Shown here: positions 25,966 through 42,416 of the stretch, piece by piece
How positions within the stretch are numbered: the first letter of the stretch is position 1
Layout: the number at the start of each line of letters is the position of its first letter
Assembly: GCA_964016885.1 (NCBI GenBank)
Contig: OZ024743.1
Span: forward strand, 315,456,001 to 315,520,000
DNA: 64,000 nucleotides
Direction of reading: 5' to 3'
From: Eledone cirrhosa
Taxonomy: Eukaryota
The notes under the pieces: generated by a model
The model's input: only the letters and a program-made list of their open reading frames with translations
What the model was told of the DNA's origin: nothing
Database searches by the model: none
Made by a program: the position numbers and the translations under genes

Positions 25966-26440
25966 ATACATATATATATATATATATTCATACTGTGTTA
26001 GCTTTTTATTTTTTAATGTTGATTCATGTTTCAGTTTCCGAATTATTAATTTCTTCATAAATGGATCGTTATTCTGGGCATTATAATCTCCAATAAAAAA
26101 ACAACTATTGCAACAAACCTAAAAATAGAGAACAAGAAAGAAAAACATTTTTTGTTCAATAAATAAGTACAATAATTTAACGATGAATAATGTTATTTTT
26201 TATGTTTTTCACATTAATTTCCAGCATCACGATATACAGATTTTGAAATAATGTAAAAAAGGAGAGCTGCGCATCATGTGGGGTTTTTATTGTTTGTATT
26301 TGGGGGGGGGGGGTTACGATTGTTTGAAATTCAGGCGGATAAGATTATAAAGTGACTGGAAAATAAATATATATCTGACAATTCTTGTTTTCTGTTACAG
26401 AAATCTAACACGCAGTATTATATATGTGTGTGTGGGGGGG

Positions 26441-26564
<124 letters not shown>

Positions 26565-26621
26565 GTGTGTGCGCGTGTTTGTCTGTCTGTGTGTGTGCGT
26601 GTCTGTGTATATGTGTGTATA

Positions 26622-28423
<1,802 letters not shown>

Positions 28424-28475
28424 CATATATATATATGTATTGTATATATTTATATATACATATATATGTATGTAT

Positions 28476-28511
<36 letters not shown>

Positions 28512-28663
28512 TTTTTTTTTAGTATATGCTGGTTGTATACCAACACCTCAGTATGCAGACTGGAGCACTCGACGAAGTGCTCAGGTTGGTTTGGTTACTG
28601 CGGAGTAATGTAAAATAAAGTTAAATAAAAAGTCAAATATATATATATATATATACATATATA

Positions 28664-28831
28664 ATATAGAAATGGCTTCTACAGGACTAGAACTGTTTCA
28701 TGCGTTCCTGATGATTTCTCCCGAATGAAACAGTTCTAGTCCTGTAGAAGCCATTTCTATATTAAATATATGTATACCCTGCTATGTACTGAGTATCGTA
28801 CTGTGGTTACTCCCGATTGAACCCGAGATGA

Positions 28832-28833
<2 letters not shown>
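28664..28833. mobile_element. Foldback PLE-end fragment with HHR core in the loop
   Basis: ~38-bp perfect arms around CTGATGA-TTTCTCCCGAAT-GAAACAGTT (28708-28735); 5' stem I strand lost at the inversion junction. Confidence 0.7.
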
Positions 28834-28879
<46 letters not shown>

Positions 28880-28884
<5 letters not shown>

Positions 28885-29522
28885 ATTAGAATTGGAGCTC
28901 TGAAATAGCAATATATATATGAATGTATATATAATGTATTTTGCAATACACTTTATGCTTAATTAAAAGCATTTTGAAGACCGTATGCTATTGTTTTAGA
29001 GTAGTGACAAACTCACTTACTTTAATCTCAGCAAACAAGGGGATAAGCATCAATAAATGCGAAACAAGGCCTTGTCGGCTTATCTCCCCTTGTTTGCTGA
29101 GATTAAAGTAAGTGAGTTTGTCACTACTCTAAAACAATAGATTACGGTCTTCAAAATGCTTTTAATTAAGCATAAAGTGTATTGCAAAATACATTATATA
29201 TACATTCATATATATATTGCTATTTCAGAGCTCCAATTCCAATTTTTTATTCTGCCTGACCGGCAACCGCTCTGTATAATCAGTTCCTGATTATTTACTA
29301 CAATTATATAAGAATATAACATCAGTGATCTCAGTAGATAGGAGGGAGTAGTTAGCCTTGAAAAGCATCAATAAATGCGAAACAAGGCCTTGTCGGCTTA
29401 TCTCCCCTTGTTTGGTGAGATTAAAGTAAGTGAGTTTGTCACTACTCTAAAACAATAGCATGCGGTCTTCAAAATGCTTTTAATTAAGCATAAAGTGTAT
29501 TGCAAAATACATTATATATACA
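28880..29522 (+). mobile_element. Retrozyme-like element: 318-bp unit, 1.5 tandem copies plus inverted arm
   Basis: GCATCAATAAATGCGAAAC at 29047 and 29365; 28880-29047 is inverted relative to ~29079-29245. Confidence 0.88.
29354..29398 (+). ncRNA. Type I hammerhead ribozyme, U3-A8 variant
   Basis: AGCC-TTGAAAA-GCAT-CAATAA-ATGC-GAAA-CAAGGCCTT-GTC-GGCT; stems I and II perfect, stem III a perfect palindrome. Confidence 0.88.
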
Positions 29523-29543
29523 TATATATATATATATATAATA

Positions 29544-29785
29544 TATTATAAAATAACAGGAGGCTGGACTGGTGTAATTCCTTAAAGGTTTATTATACTA
29601 AATCTTTAAGGAATTACACCAGTCCAGCCTCCTGTTAATTTATAATAATTAACTCCGTACTCGCACCACCAACAACACAAACGAAGACGGGTGAGTTGCA
29701 TTACGTCGAGTGCTCTCCCTAATATTACATCGAGGTTGACCATACGGAATGACCAGTTCTATCCAGCGGTGAACCAACAAACCTA

Positions 29786-29788
<3 letters not shown>
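29544..29788. repeat. Asymmetric foldback between (TA)n tracts
   Basis: AACAGGAGGCTGGACTGGTGTAATTCCTTAAAG and its inverse plus a tail. Confidence 0.75.
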
Positions 29789-29858
<70 letters not shown>

Positions 29859-30357
29859 TGCAAACTCTGCTAAGAGTATTGCAATCTCTTGTCAGATGAT
29901 AGAAAATTGTACACTTTCAGGCTACGGCCAACCACATGAATCTGTAACAGATCCTCAACAAGCAATGCCTGTCCTTTGAAATTTTTTTTAAGCGAGGAAA
30001 GGCCTTGCATTCGACCTATCCCACTCTCTGAGCATCGAAAATACTACTCGAAAAGGAGAACTGGTCAACATCATCGGATGCTTCCGAAGCCGCAGGTTAT
30101 TTTTTTTCAAAGTTTCCCTCTCCTAGAAAGGTGTTGTTTACTCCCAAGTTTAAAAAAAAGTACTGTTTGGATGACCCTTGACTCTGCTGAGTTCCTCTGC
30201 CCTTTGCTGGGCCTTGTATTTTCCGCATGGTATCTAACAAGCAATCTTTGTGGGGTTGCCGGTTTAGTCGCCGACGATCCGACCATGAGACAGGTTGTAC
30301 TGAGTTACATGTTACCAGTAGCACTCGAGAGCGACCTGACATATATATATATATATA

Positions 30358-31578
30358 TGACACTGATGTCATCTACCTTGATTTCAGCAAGGCCTTTTAC
30401 AGGGTTGATCACAACATTCTACTGAGAAAATTATCCACTATTAGTGTCACTGGAAAGTTGCTGCAGTGGAGCACGTGTTTCCTATCAAACAGAGCCCAAC
30501 ATGTTGTACAAGCCCAGCCAAATTCTTTAGAGGTGTCCCACAAGGCACTGTGTTGGGCTCACTTCTTTCCATTATCGATATTAATGAAATTACTGACATC
30601 ATCAAGTACAGCAGCATAAGAATCTTCGCAGATGATTCCAAGCTCCAGAAGATCATCAATGGCGTGCATAACTGGATATGTCTCCAATCAGATCGACTGG
30701 CTGTTATCCAATGGACGGAAAAGAACAATACTGAATGAGGATAAATTTTAGTTAATCCACTTTGGAAAAGAGGATGGCCTGAAACACCCATACTCCTTTC
30801 CGTCAGGAGGTGAAACTCTCATGGCATCCAACAACATAAGAGACTTGGAAGTAATTGTGGACAACAACATAAGCTGGGCCTCTCATATAAACAGCAAAAT
30901 TGACATGGCCCATAGAATGTGTTCCTGGATTCTCAGAACCTTCCAGTGGAGAAATATTATCCTTCTCTTCTCCACTTTTGCTCGACCCTATCTTGAATAC
31001 TGTTGTTCACTGTGGTTTCCTCACACGAAACAAAGTATCATGAAAATTGAATCTCCTCTAAGGTCAATCACGGAAAAGATAGATGGCATTTCAGGCCGTG
31101 ACTATTGGGATTGACTAGAAAAACTCAAACTTTATTCTTTCCACCGCCGCGGTGAGCACTACATTATCTGCATGATGTGGGAAATATTCCATCAGCATTT
31201 CCCAAATAATGTTGGAATCACCTTTAAAGTACACCTAAAGCTTGGGCCGCGTGCTATCCCCCCACAACAAAAATCACACTCGCATCTCATATCAACAATA
31301 TGGCACAATTATTTTACTTCAATTGGCCCCCGTTTTCTGCAAGACTACACCAAAACACATTAAAACAGAAAGAAACCACATAAAGTTCAAAATGTCTTTG
31401 TACAAATTCGGTCAAGAAACCCCGGATAAACCGATACGACTCCGTAAACAATAACTCCCTACTTGAAAGGGCCATGCTGTCCAAATCCTGATTTGAAAGA
31501 CTTCGCAGGGTGGTGCTATTAAGTTAGACAAGGCCTGGGCCAATACTGGCCAAAATCTATCAAAGTTATCAAAGTTAC
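30358..31578 (+). mobile_element. CR1-clade LINE, 5'-truncated, decayed RT
   Basis: DVIYLDFSKAF..VDHNILLRKL; GVPQGTVLG..IFADDSKL; RPYLEYCCSLW; ATCAAAGTT tail. Confidence 0.92.
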
Positions 31579-31585
31579 ATGTATG

Positions 31586-31706
<121 letters not shown>

Positions 31707-32784
31707 GTGTGTGTACGTATATATATATATATATATATATATATAACAAAATTAAATTAAAGATGTCATGCCTGAGAATATCAGAAACATGCGCCATATC
31801 ACCTGTAGAATAAGTTCAAAGATTCTAAGGAACAAATTCGAGTGGCGTGATGTGTATTTTTCAAAACCACATGTGCTTTTTGTCGTTATTCCTGATTTGT
31901 TCTTAGCGTGTAATCACAGATAGTTCAATATTCTCCTTTGCTGACAATCCAAGTTTTAGTATCTGTGATTCACCGATTAATGGTGAAATATATTTCTTTA
32001 ATGGAATATATACAAAGGAAATTAATCATTATTGCAATGTATCTATATTCAAGTTTCTCGTTAAATTGTTAATGTTACTTTCGTAACTATGTGTGTTTAC
32101 ACGCTTTACAAATTATCCCCTGTCAATGCCTGATATGTTTATTTTATATATATATGTCAATCGACTTTTAATTTAATTGTATATATATATTCCTATATAC
32201 ATATTTAGAACAGTTTCAAACGTTATAACATCAGTTAGGATTGGCTGTGGCCATTCACCAAGTGGATATTTTTGCAATTGCAAGATTTCTTCTGTTGGAT
32301 GAAGTGAGAGAGAGAGAATAAAATAGAGTTGGTGGACTTCCATCAGTTTCGACGATGAGTTGTTGAATCAATAGAACGGACGTTCGTTAAATTAACTTGT
32401 TGAATTTTTAATAGTCACCAGTAACTTTAATATAATTCTCGGAATGATTCATTGTGACACAACGTGTGACAAGGCTGACCTTTCTAATTAAAGATACAAT
32501 CAATTCGACAGATTTTTCCAATCAGTTTCTGTCTGTCAAATTTCACTCACATTGCTGCGGCTAAGCCGTTCTATGGTAAATGCATCAGATGAATTGTGCC
32601 TTAATGTGCAGCGTCACGCTAAATCTCCCTACGAATCATGATATGATTACACGTGTCTGTGGAAAGTTCGGGCACTTGCAATTCATGATCAATCTGTTTC
32701 ATTGATCAAACAAGTGGAACACGCTTCATCGATATCGACTGTGGTCCGTTATCTTTCTTCTACATGAGGCCTATTTTCAACTTA

Positions 32785-33291
32785 CGAGCGTCGACTGAAA
32801 AATTCAGAGGCTGACCAAGATACTCTCATGGAATGAGAACTGGAAGGAAACAATGCAGTTATTAATAAGAACAGTTGAAATAAATGCATGCAGGATTTCA
32901 CAGCTCTAGCATCACTCGTTCATAGTTAGCCTATGAACTTACCATCCCACCTTCGAAGTCCAACTGAAATGAGCAAGTTTTTCAAGAATAATACGAATGT
33001 TGTAATATCTATAACTGACTTATCCAGGAACTCAGGAGATTTCGTATCAGTTAACAACAACAAAACAGACTAAACAGGTGCAGATATCTGACTGGAGGTC
33101 AGGCTGAAAATTCCATAGGCTGACTTTGAAGGATTAACGCTAGATCTGTGAAATCTTGGATGAATTAATTTCAATTCTTCTTATTAATATCGGCATTGTT
33201 TCTTTCCAGGAACTATGTAGAAAAATAAACATCATTTGATCATTCCATGAGAGAATTTCCGTCAGCCTATGAACTTTTCAGTCGACCCTTG
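32785..33291. mobile_element. Tc1/mariner-type MITE
   Basis: TIRs CGAGCGTCGACTGAAAAATTCAGAGGCTGAC / GTCAGCCTATGAACTTTTCAGTCGACCCTTG flanked by TA; internally palindromic; fragment at ~34110-34205. Confidence 0.82.
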
Positions 33292-33439
33292 TATGTATTT
33301 TTATATGCTGTTATCGTTTGGTTGGTTTTATTTTTATTGTTTTTATAAGTCACAAGACAACGATCGATATCTATAACTTCGTGGATCTCCTAGTTAAGGC
33401 CCCAAAAAGTTGTATAGTAAAATGTATTTCAATCGATTT

Positions 33440-33780
33440 TGACCGCAAATAATATGGTTGTTAAATCAACGGTAGAGCCTGCTGGTGAAAATGTAGGAGA
33501 CAGTGGAGCAATAATGGTCGTTGAGAAGATCACAAAATATGTGGCAAAAGAGCTTTGTCAATTAAATATGACAATTAAACAATGGAATGGCTCTTCCAGC
33601 ATCTCTTTTACCATCCTCCGGGGAAACGCCTTCTCCATTCTGTCCGTCGGGGATGCGGGGCGGCCAGCACGTGGAACCTCGCTTGCTCTTTATACAGAGA
33701 GATTGGGGGGCGAGAGAGATGGGGCGATGACGGTGGGAGTTCGGCTCTTCCGTGTTCGGACACATTGCACCTATCATGTG
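33440..33780 (+). pseudogene. Second CRE-like (RLE) retrotransposon 3' remnant
   Basis: EKITKY..EWLFQHL/SFTILRGNAFSI, same motif as 6545-6835. Confidence 0.65.
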
Positions 33781-34640
33781 GATTATGTGATATTTTAACA
33801 AGGCATACTATATCAGTAATACATTCATACACACATATATATGTAGCTTCTCTTCTTTTATACAGTGCCACATTGCAAGAGACAGACATGCGTTAAGGAT
33901 ATATCAATACAAACATTCTAAACTAGCACAATTGATGTATAAACTTTATATTTTCTATCATGTGGTTACTTAACTAACCGAGGAATTGATTAGGAAATGC
34001 TTAGTTTGGAACACAAACGTTCGTAAATCTAGGTGTATTAACGTTTTGAGTCCTTCACAGTTAAATTTTCAGAATTAGAATCGTTGTATTTGTGACGTAT
34101 GGGTCACCTTACAATTAATGCATGCAAGATTTCACAGCTCTTACATCACGCCTTCATAGTCACCCTATCTTGGTATCTTGGTCAGCTTATGAACTTTTCA
34201 GCCGCATAATTGATTATAAAGATCCCAACTTTCCATGTTTTCATTGGTCATTTGTACTATGTTCTGCGGTTTACTAGTCTGGGGTTGCATGTTAATGAAG
34301 ATGTTTTTTTTAGTTTGATATTTTTTAACTATATACTAATTAAGAGAATGTAGTTAGGGTCAATCCATGTTAAGATTTAATTTATGAGATTTTAATGACT
34401 TATTCATCTATTCTACTTTTAGGTTTGTGATACATGAAATGTGTGGTTACTGTATATTTTCTCCGGGAGTTGGTTCTGTTGTATAAGTGTGAATAAATTT
34501 GTTCTTATATTGTTTTATGGCATAGTCTACTAATGTGTTGAGATATTCGTTGCAAAGTAATGCTCGTTATATACACACATATATATAGTGTGTGCGTGTG
34601 TACATATATAGTATATATATATATGTGTGTGTGTATATAT

Positions 34641-34685
<45 letters not shown>

Positions 34686-34696
34686 TATATATATAC

Positions 34697-34728
<32 letters not shown>

Positions 34729-34762
34729 TATATGCATATATATATACATAGATATAGATATA

Positions 34763-34896
<134 letters not shown>

Positions 34897-35104
34897 ATAT
34901 ATATACAGGCTTACTCATATGAGCCTATGAACACAAAACTACCAGCCGCATCTAATGTTATTACGTACGAGAGTTATCTCATATAACCGATATCGGGGTG
35001 TGAGTTGGCCACACTTGGCATCAGAGGAAGTTTGTGCTTATCTTAGTTTTACTCTGGTCCGACGTGATGTACACACATACATAATCATAATATGTATGTA
35101 TATA

Positions 35105-35158
<54 letters not shown>

Positions 35159-35164
35159 TGTATA

Positions 35165-35223
<59 letters not shown>

Positions 35224-35275
35224 GCATATATGTAAAAATATACAGATGTATACGTATGTATATGCACGTGTATAT

Positions 35276-35376
<101 letters not shown>

Positions 35377-37385
35377 ATCGTAACCTTGGATGGTCCACGT
35401 CTCAAGAAAGGTATTTTTATTGGAGTTTAATGTATGGCGCCATCTTCAATACATAAATTATATCTTGCAGCCTCCTCCTCCTTCTTTACATACAACTTTA
35501 GTTAAGTGGCCATTGTTGTAGCTTCTGTATCTGCTGCTGCTGATGTTGGTGATGAAGCTGATTATGATGATGATGATGACGATGCAATTATTGCACCTGC
35601 CGTTGCTTTGGGTGCTGCAGCTATATCTCTCTTGCCTCATTCTTCTTGTTTTGTTTGTTGTTTGTTTATTGTTTTTTTTGTTTTTGTTTTTATCTTCTAC
35701 GTCTGTTTCTTTATCATTAATATCGTCCCCACCAGCATCATCATCTTCATCATTACAATCATCTTCTTTTCTTCTTTACCTCCCTCATCCTCACAGTTAC
35801 GACCATTTTCTGTATCTTTCTCTTCCTCTAAAATCACCTTCTCCACCTTCTAAATTGGTCTACTCAATACATCAAATGGAAAGTTGTATATTAATTTATT
35901 CAAAAGGTGACTCTTTCAGAACTAGTTGTTTCCTTCAGTAGAGAAGTCTTAAGCATCTTTTTGAATATGTGACGCTTAGTTTTTAGGACATTCAACTCAG
36001 TATCGTAAGGTTATGAGTTCGATTCTCGGTGGTGCGTTGTTTTCTTGAGAGAAACACATTATTTCACGTTAATCCAGTCAACTCCTCTGTAATGCAAAGA
36101 GCCGGCCTTTTCATACACTGTGTCACACTATATCTTCCTAAGAACTAAATAAGGTGTATATCTTTCTGTTTAATGCTCGGACACTTGCATGCTAATTTCT
36201 CTAACAGGTTTTTACGTAAAAGTTGGAACACTCGTCGGTGGATCCGAAATAAACCCAACACACATAAGTAGTAAATTTTTGTATGAAAAGTAGAGATATT
36301 TTTTTTAATAGCGCAGTGTTGAAGTTTACATCTTAATAGCTTTTTAGTATCTGATTATAAAGATAACCTCTTTAAAATGTTTGTTTTTCTAGCCGCCCAG
36401 GCTAACTATCCGTTGAAATTCCTTACTTCATGTTTTGAATACTTCTACAATAGAACCTCTTCTTTGTATTCTTATGGTTTACCTTTAGCATATCCTTGAG
36501 TATAGTATGATGATGGTAAATCTTATATGCTGGTATAAATAGGTGTTTGTTTTTTCAGAGTGGTGCAGGTCATTCTCCTTATCTGTCTTCTAAATTGTTG
36601 ATTGTTTGTCAAAGAAAATACTATTTGTGACTGATATGTTAATAGGCGGTGACGACATGGCAGATTGTTAAAGTGTTGGATATAATGTTTTGTGATATTG
36701 ATTCCGTCTATCAGCGTTCGAGGATCTCGTCGAGCTCAACTTTGCATTTCATTCTTTCGATGTCAATAAATAAATTACAAATCCAGGAGAGGAGTCGATT
36801 CTTCCCCCTTTCTCTTTCTCTTAAAGAAGTCGGCTTTGTTCAAACCTTTAAATGGTTGAGACAGGTTTATAATACCCAATGTTATAACGACGCCATTACG
36901 GTTCCAGCAGGGTGCATTTGTGCATCTTAATACGCGGAGGGTATATTTGAAGTAGTAATACAAGGAGTTTGGCGCATTTTATAAATCTCTGCATTTGTTC
37001 TTCCGACTTTATAACTAACCATCATCATCCGATTTACGATTCGTTTTTATTTCTAGCATCTTCTAGAAGAAAGTCGGAACTTACCCTAATTTCATGTGAC
37101 GCTGAGTCAATGAGAGTACATCGTTTTTTATAGGCATGTTATTAGAGTGTGATAAGGAGCATTACCTGAAAAGCCATGCTATAGCGAAATTAATTGTTGT
37201 AAAATGACGGCTGAATTTCTAGGTAGTAGCAATATATATATATATATAACCGTCAAAGCACAGGCATTGCTTGTTCAGGATCTGTTAGGTTCGTGCGGCT
37301 GGCCGTAGCCTAAAACTGTATCAAACCCTATAATCTGACAAGCGATTGCAATATCTTAGCAGAGTTTGCAACCATTATATATTTA

Positions 37386-37864
37386 CTAGCAGAAAAACCA
37401 CCCCTCGGGTGGTTTTCTGCTAGCATGCGAAGTGTGTATATTGATATTATACGTAAGTATATAGGCATGTAGATATAATAGATTAAATAAAATCGTAATT
37501 GACAATGTACACAGAAATTGAACGAAGACTGCGTTACACTGTCTTATGTAATCAGTAATGTAATCCATGATACATTTAAAAAAGACGATATAATATATAA
37601 ACTGCATTAGGAGAAAATTAGTGACGGAAATATATAATGTTTATTTAAGCGATCGCTAACCGGAAGTGTTGACGTTTGAAAATTTTGAAGAAATGAATCT
37701 TAAAATAAGCTACAAAATTGTTTATATTTAATCAGGATTAACGAAATTTAGTAGATAAATTGTGTAATATTCATTCATTATTTATTCAAAGTAATCCAAC
37801 TTATTTCACAAACGGAATAAAAAAATATATTCTGGACGCACTCCTTACTATATTATAGTTTAGA
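37386..37864 (-). mobile_element. Short non-autonomous Helitron
   Basis: Minus strand A|TCTAAACTATAATATAG ... hairpin CCACCCGAGGGGTGG ... CTAG|T. Confidence 0.68.
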
Positions 37865-37966
37865 TATATAAATATACTAATTTATAACTCTATAAAGTTA
37901 ACTTTCTGTAATACATAAACTTCTCAATGAAAGGATATATTAATAGATTATCAGAGAAGTATTAGA

Positions 37967-38490
37967 ATATATTAAACTTAAGCCAAAATCTTATTTTAGG
38001 AGGATATAAGCTAAATCGGCTATAGAAAGTCGGTTTTAACTTATATAATACCCTGACTATGGTTTCTGGAACTTGTCGTGTCGTCCTAACACATTAAGTA
38101 GGAAATATTCATACAGTAATTCAGCGTTACAGCATCTTACTTCACCATGCGGTGTAATAACAGCATGGAATATATGATATATATTCAACTTGTTCCTTTT
38201 GGGTGGAATTTATTCATATAGTAATTCAGTTATACAACACATACGGTCTAGTAACGAAATGTTATGTATGATATAATTTCAACTTGTCCCCTATTTCTAA
38301 GAATTCGCTTCCCGATTAAGGCTGTTTAATTCTTTCAATATTAGTTATTCCAATGTCTTAGAGTTCCTGGTGTTGTGTCTTGAGTTCCAGAAACCGTTGT
38401 CGGGGTATTATATAAGTTAAAGCTGACATGTTTTAGCCGATTTAGCATATACTCCTCCCACCAAATGAGATTTTGGCTAAAGTTTAATAT
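37967..38490. mobile_element. Old foldback PLE-end element
   Basis: ~105-bp diverged inverted arms; GAAACCGTTGTCGGGG (HHR 3' half) at ~38390-38404. Confidence 0.6.
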
Positions 38491-38628
38491 ATGTTATATA
38501 AGCTATCAATCATTCTTGTCTCAATGTTGAAGGACTAAACATCTTCACACACAGCTACTGAGAGTGCTGAGATCTGAACACAACTTAAAAGGAAAGGCGT
38601 TTATGTTTATTATATATATATGTATCAT

Positions 38629-38815
38629 ATAATTGTTTCTACTATTGGCACAAGGCCAGAAATTACCCATACATTACTGGTACTTTATTTTATCGACCCC
38701 GTAAGGATGAAAGGCAAAGTTAACCTCGGCGGGATTTGAACTCTGAATGGCAAGGGCCGTAACTCTATGCGTCAAAGCATGGCGTCCGACCCTCTACCGA
38801 TACTGCCAATCCACC
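38629..38815 (-). mobile_element. Full-length tRNA-derived SINE; a diverged copy follows at ~38870-39000
   Basis: Reverse complement of the 18848-19027 sequence. Confidence 0.9.
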
Positions 38816-39840
38816 TTCATGTACACCTCTGTTATAAACCAATCTATGTTAGTTCCACTACTAATAAATGTTTCTGATTTAGGCCAATAATTTTTGTGGA
38901 GGGGGAAGTCGATAAATCGACGCCAGTGCGTTAGTGGTACTTTATTTTATTTACTCTATAAGGATGAAAGGCAAAGTTAATCAGGGCGTGATTTGAACTC
39001 GAAGCCTATATGTACATAAATCATGTGTGTTCATTCGTAATTTCTGGCTTAAACTAATGAGTGACACTACTAAAATATAATATATTTGTATTCTTTTAAA
39101 ATAGCTTTTATTCATATGCATATATATATATAATTGCGTATAATATATACGGATGGACACTCGTGATTAAGAACCATATATTTATGTACAAACGTACGTA
39201 TTATTGTATGACGTGTAAATAGATGGATATCTTAACGTATTATATACAACCAAGCATATATCACTCTTTTTCTCCATGTCATATCTAATACTTACAAAAT
39301 TTCCTGTCGTCATTTTTTTCACATATGCACAGGGATTGATACTTAAACCGTATATATAAAATGGTTTCCAGAGACGTTGAATATGACATTTTGTAAACAA
39401 AATTGCAGTATTCTTTATTTTTTATCAATTTAACATTCAATTGCAATCGTTTTTGTTTAAACTTTTTATAGTAAGACATTGATGAATTACAAAGATAGAC
39501 AAGAGTAAAAAGGAAAAAATGTTTCGGGTGGAAAGCACATGTGTGGTTAGTCAACTATGTTTGGGAAGTGGTATATATATATATCTTTTCATATAGAGCT
39601 AGATTCCCGGCGTTCGAATACTGGCGTTTTAGTTCTCATATTGCTGTCGAAACTGCCCGAGCCCAGCCGTCGCTGTCCTCCACTCCGCCCGTCTCTTCAA
39701 TCTATCTTATTTCACATTCTTTCTGATGGTGAAGTACTAGCGTCGAAAACGTTAAGACCCTCTTCCTGCTATTTCAAGCGTTAACCTAATATATTCCTTC
39801 CATATACTGTACCGATTGTATTGTTATTTCTCTGTTTACC

Positions 39841-39894
<54 letters not shown>

Positions 39895-39955
39895 ATATAT
39901 ATATATTTATTAAAATAACAGATTAAATTTTAAGCAAAGAATCGCTGCTTTCACC

Positions 39956-39999
<44 letters not shown>

Positions 40000-40261
40000 T
40001 AACAGATTAAAGTTTAAGCAAAGAATCGCTGCTTTCACCCTTAATGGGATCTTCTGAAACTAAAAAAAATCAATCTGTGAACGCAGAAGTAAATATTTCG
40101 AAAAACGTTGCAACCGAAGGAAAACAGGAAGACGATACTTTGGTGCGTGAATACATTCCTTGGCAATGAACGGAAAATAGCCAACATAATACGTCAGCAA
40201 TGAGAAGAATATATATATTTATATACGCACTATATATACATATATATACACACACACAGAG

Positions 40262-40499
40262 ATAGCGAAGTCATAATATCGTAATGCAGCCAGTAGACAT
40301 ACAGACAGATATTATAAGAGCGCGACGTTACCGGTCCCTAATGCGGTCCCTATGGTATTGAAGATTTGAAATTATTTTTGCTCAAAACACTCACAGGCCC
40401 ATAAGTATTACAAGTGTAAAGTTTGAAAAACATCGGTTGGGTGGTTCTCGAGTTTTAGGGAGTCAGGCAGACAGACATTCTCTATTTTAGATATATAGA
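40262..40499 (-). mobile_element. Helitron-like 5' fragment
   Basis: Minus strand A|TCTATATATCTAAAATAGAGAATGTCTGTCTG; 3' CTAG not clear. Confidence 0.5.
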
Positions 40500-40701
40500 T
40501 AAAGGTAAAAAGAGGATTAACATAGATAAGCGATATAATAGGGTTTATTCTAAGCATTAACATATGTTTCATCTGCAGGTGTCAAATTGATGTTTGTCTT
40601 GAAACCGCTATCCTCAATAATCAATTAATAATTGCGAAAACTCGATTTTAAATACATAAAATAATACAACATTTTGGGTGGCGAAGTATCCAAAGGAAAC
40701 G

Positions 40702-40738
<37 letters not shown>

Positions 40739-40900
40739 TAGGTAAATATACACGGGTGTGTATGATTGTGTATAGAAGATTATATTAATAAGAGGAATTC
40801 CAACTTTGTCTGATTTACTCGTTTTATTTACAATCCTTTAAAATATATAATGGTATTATAATGAAATAGTATGATAGAATATTAAATTCTAAGTGTTAAT

Positions 40901-40939
40901 TGAACAAGTACTTTCATGCTTTCGCAATCTTCAGGTTCA
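40901..40939 (-). ncRNA. Minimal type I hammerhead ribozyme
   Basis: TGAAC-CTGAAGA-TTGC-GAAA-GCAT-GAAA-GTA-CTT-GTTCA. Confidence 0.82.
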
Positions 40940-41057
40940 TGATATGTGGTGACAGTCGAGTTTGCAATTTTCAGCGGTTATTGTTATTATTAACTCTTTT
41001 CCTTCCTCCTTTCTCCCTCTTTCTTTTTTTCTCTCCTTTTCTCTCTCCCCCACTCAC

Positions 41058-41149
<92 letters not shown>

Positions 41150-41188
41150 ACAGTTGAAAATTGCAAACTCGACTGTCACCACATATCA

Positions 41189-41227
41189 TGAACCTGAAGA
41201 TTGCGAAAGCATGAAAGTACTTGTTCA
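41189..41227 (+). ncRNA. Minimal type I hammerhead ribozyme (inverted identical copy)
   Basis: TGAAC-CTGAAGA-TTGC-GAAA-GCAT-GAAA-GTA-CTT-GTTCA. Confidence 0.82.
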
Positions 41228-41347
41228 ATTAACACTTAGAATTTAATATTCTATCATACTATTTCATTATAATACCATTATATATTTTAAAGGATTGTAA
41301 ATAAAACGAGTAAATCAGACAAAGTTGGAATTCCTCTTATTAATATA

Positions 41348-41404
<57 letters not shown>

Positions 41405-41816
41405 GTTATATTTAATTTGTCTTCAGTTCTCTGCTGTGGGTCTCGGACGTTTCCATGTTTCAAAGATAATACGTCTACCCACAGTGCGTCAATAACTGGA
41501 AAGTTACTGGAGATGATGCTGAGGTGAAAGGAAAATAGAAAATAAACAGAAGAAAAAAAAAGAAGAAAAACACAGAAAGCATACCGATAGAGAAGCTTAA
41601 AGACGAGGAGTAGCACATGTATGTAGCAGTAACCAAGGTGAGAGAGGGGAAGAAGTTAAAATCCGGCGGCTGGGCGTAAGCTCTGGGACCTTATTAACAG
41701 CAAGATAGGGAGAGCGAAGAGAAACACGTCTGATCTTGGCGAGAATAGGTGTAAAGAAGGAGAGACGAAGGAAAACGGAAGTAGTAAGGGAGTAGAGATA
41801 AAGTGGATAAGTAAGT

Positions 41817-41856
<40 letters not shown>

Positions 41857-42177
41857 GTGAGTGGGGGAGAGAGAAAAGGAGAGAAAAAAGAAAGAGGGAG
41901 AAAGGAGGGAGGAAAAGAGTTAATAATAACAATAAGCGAGATAGAGAGAATAGAACGAAGGTGACAGCAATACTGTGGATAGATGTATTATCTTTGATGC
42001 GTCGAAACGTCCGAGACCCACCACAGACAACTGAAGAGGGGATCTGTCCTTTGTTTGTGTTTTCCGTACATTTCTAAACACTCTTTCTTAGTAACCACAC
42101 ACCACCTTGTACCTTCTATATATGTGTATGCCTGTGTGTGTGTGTGTGTGTGTATGTATATATATATATATATATAT

Positions 42178-42416
42178 AAAAACAAATAACGAAACGAAAT
42201 TAAATTTCGTTTCGTTTGTAACTCACTTTTGTATGACTGACGCTTAAACAATTAAGTTAAAAATGTACATCCACATATGTATACTGAAATACTAGTGTGC
42301 ATATGAATACACACACGTATACATATGTAGATGTACCGATTTTTTCACTGGTCACTTTACTGTGAGTGTCCAGCTATTCTGTATGTAAACACACAGACAA
42401 ACCGGTTTTTAGAGTC
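42178..42416 (-). mobile_element. Truncated copy of the 58778-59170 HHR element
   Basis: High identity to 58778-59016 (both translate [24 protein letters not shown] on minus). Confidence 0.85.

Larger units (their letters stand above)
40781..42060. mobile_element. Nested, interleaved inverted pseudo-LTR structure
   Basis: 40781-40972 vs 41155-41347 near-perfect IR; 40978-41070 vs 41840-41935 IR; 41420-41486 vs 41973-42037 IR. Confidence 0.85.

Noticed and set aside
36360-37080. Coding-like minus-strand stretch
   Set aside because: Multiple stops and no motif I can identify; needs a translated search
39715-40060. Additional hammerheads at ~39723 (+, CTGATGG..GAAAACG) and ~40025-40056 (-, CAGAAGA..GAAAGC)
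   Set aside because: Core substitutions and no convincing stem I; at best decayed relics
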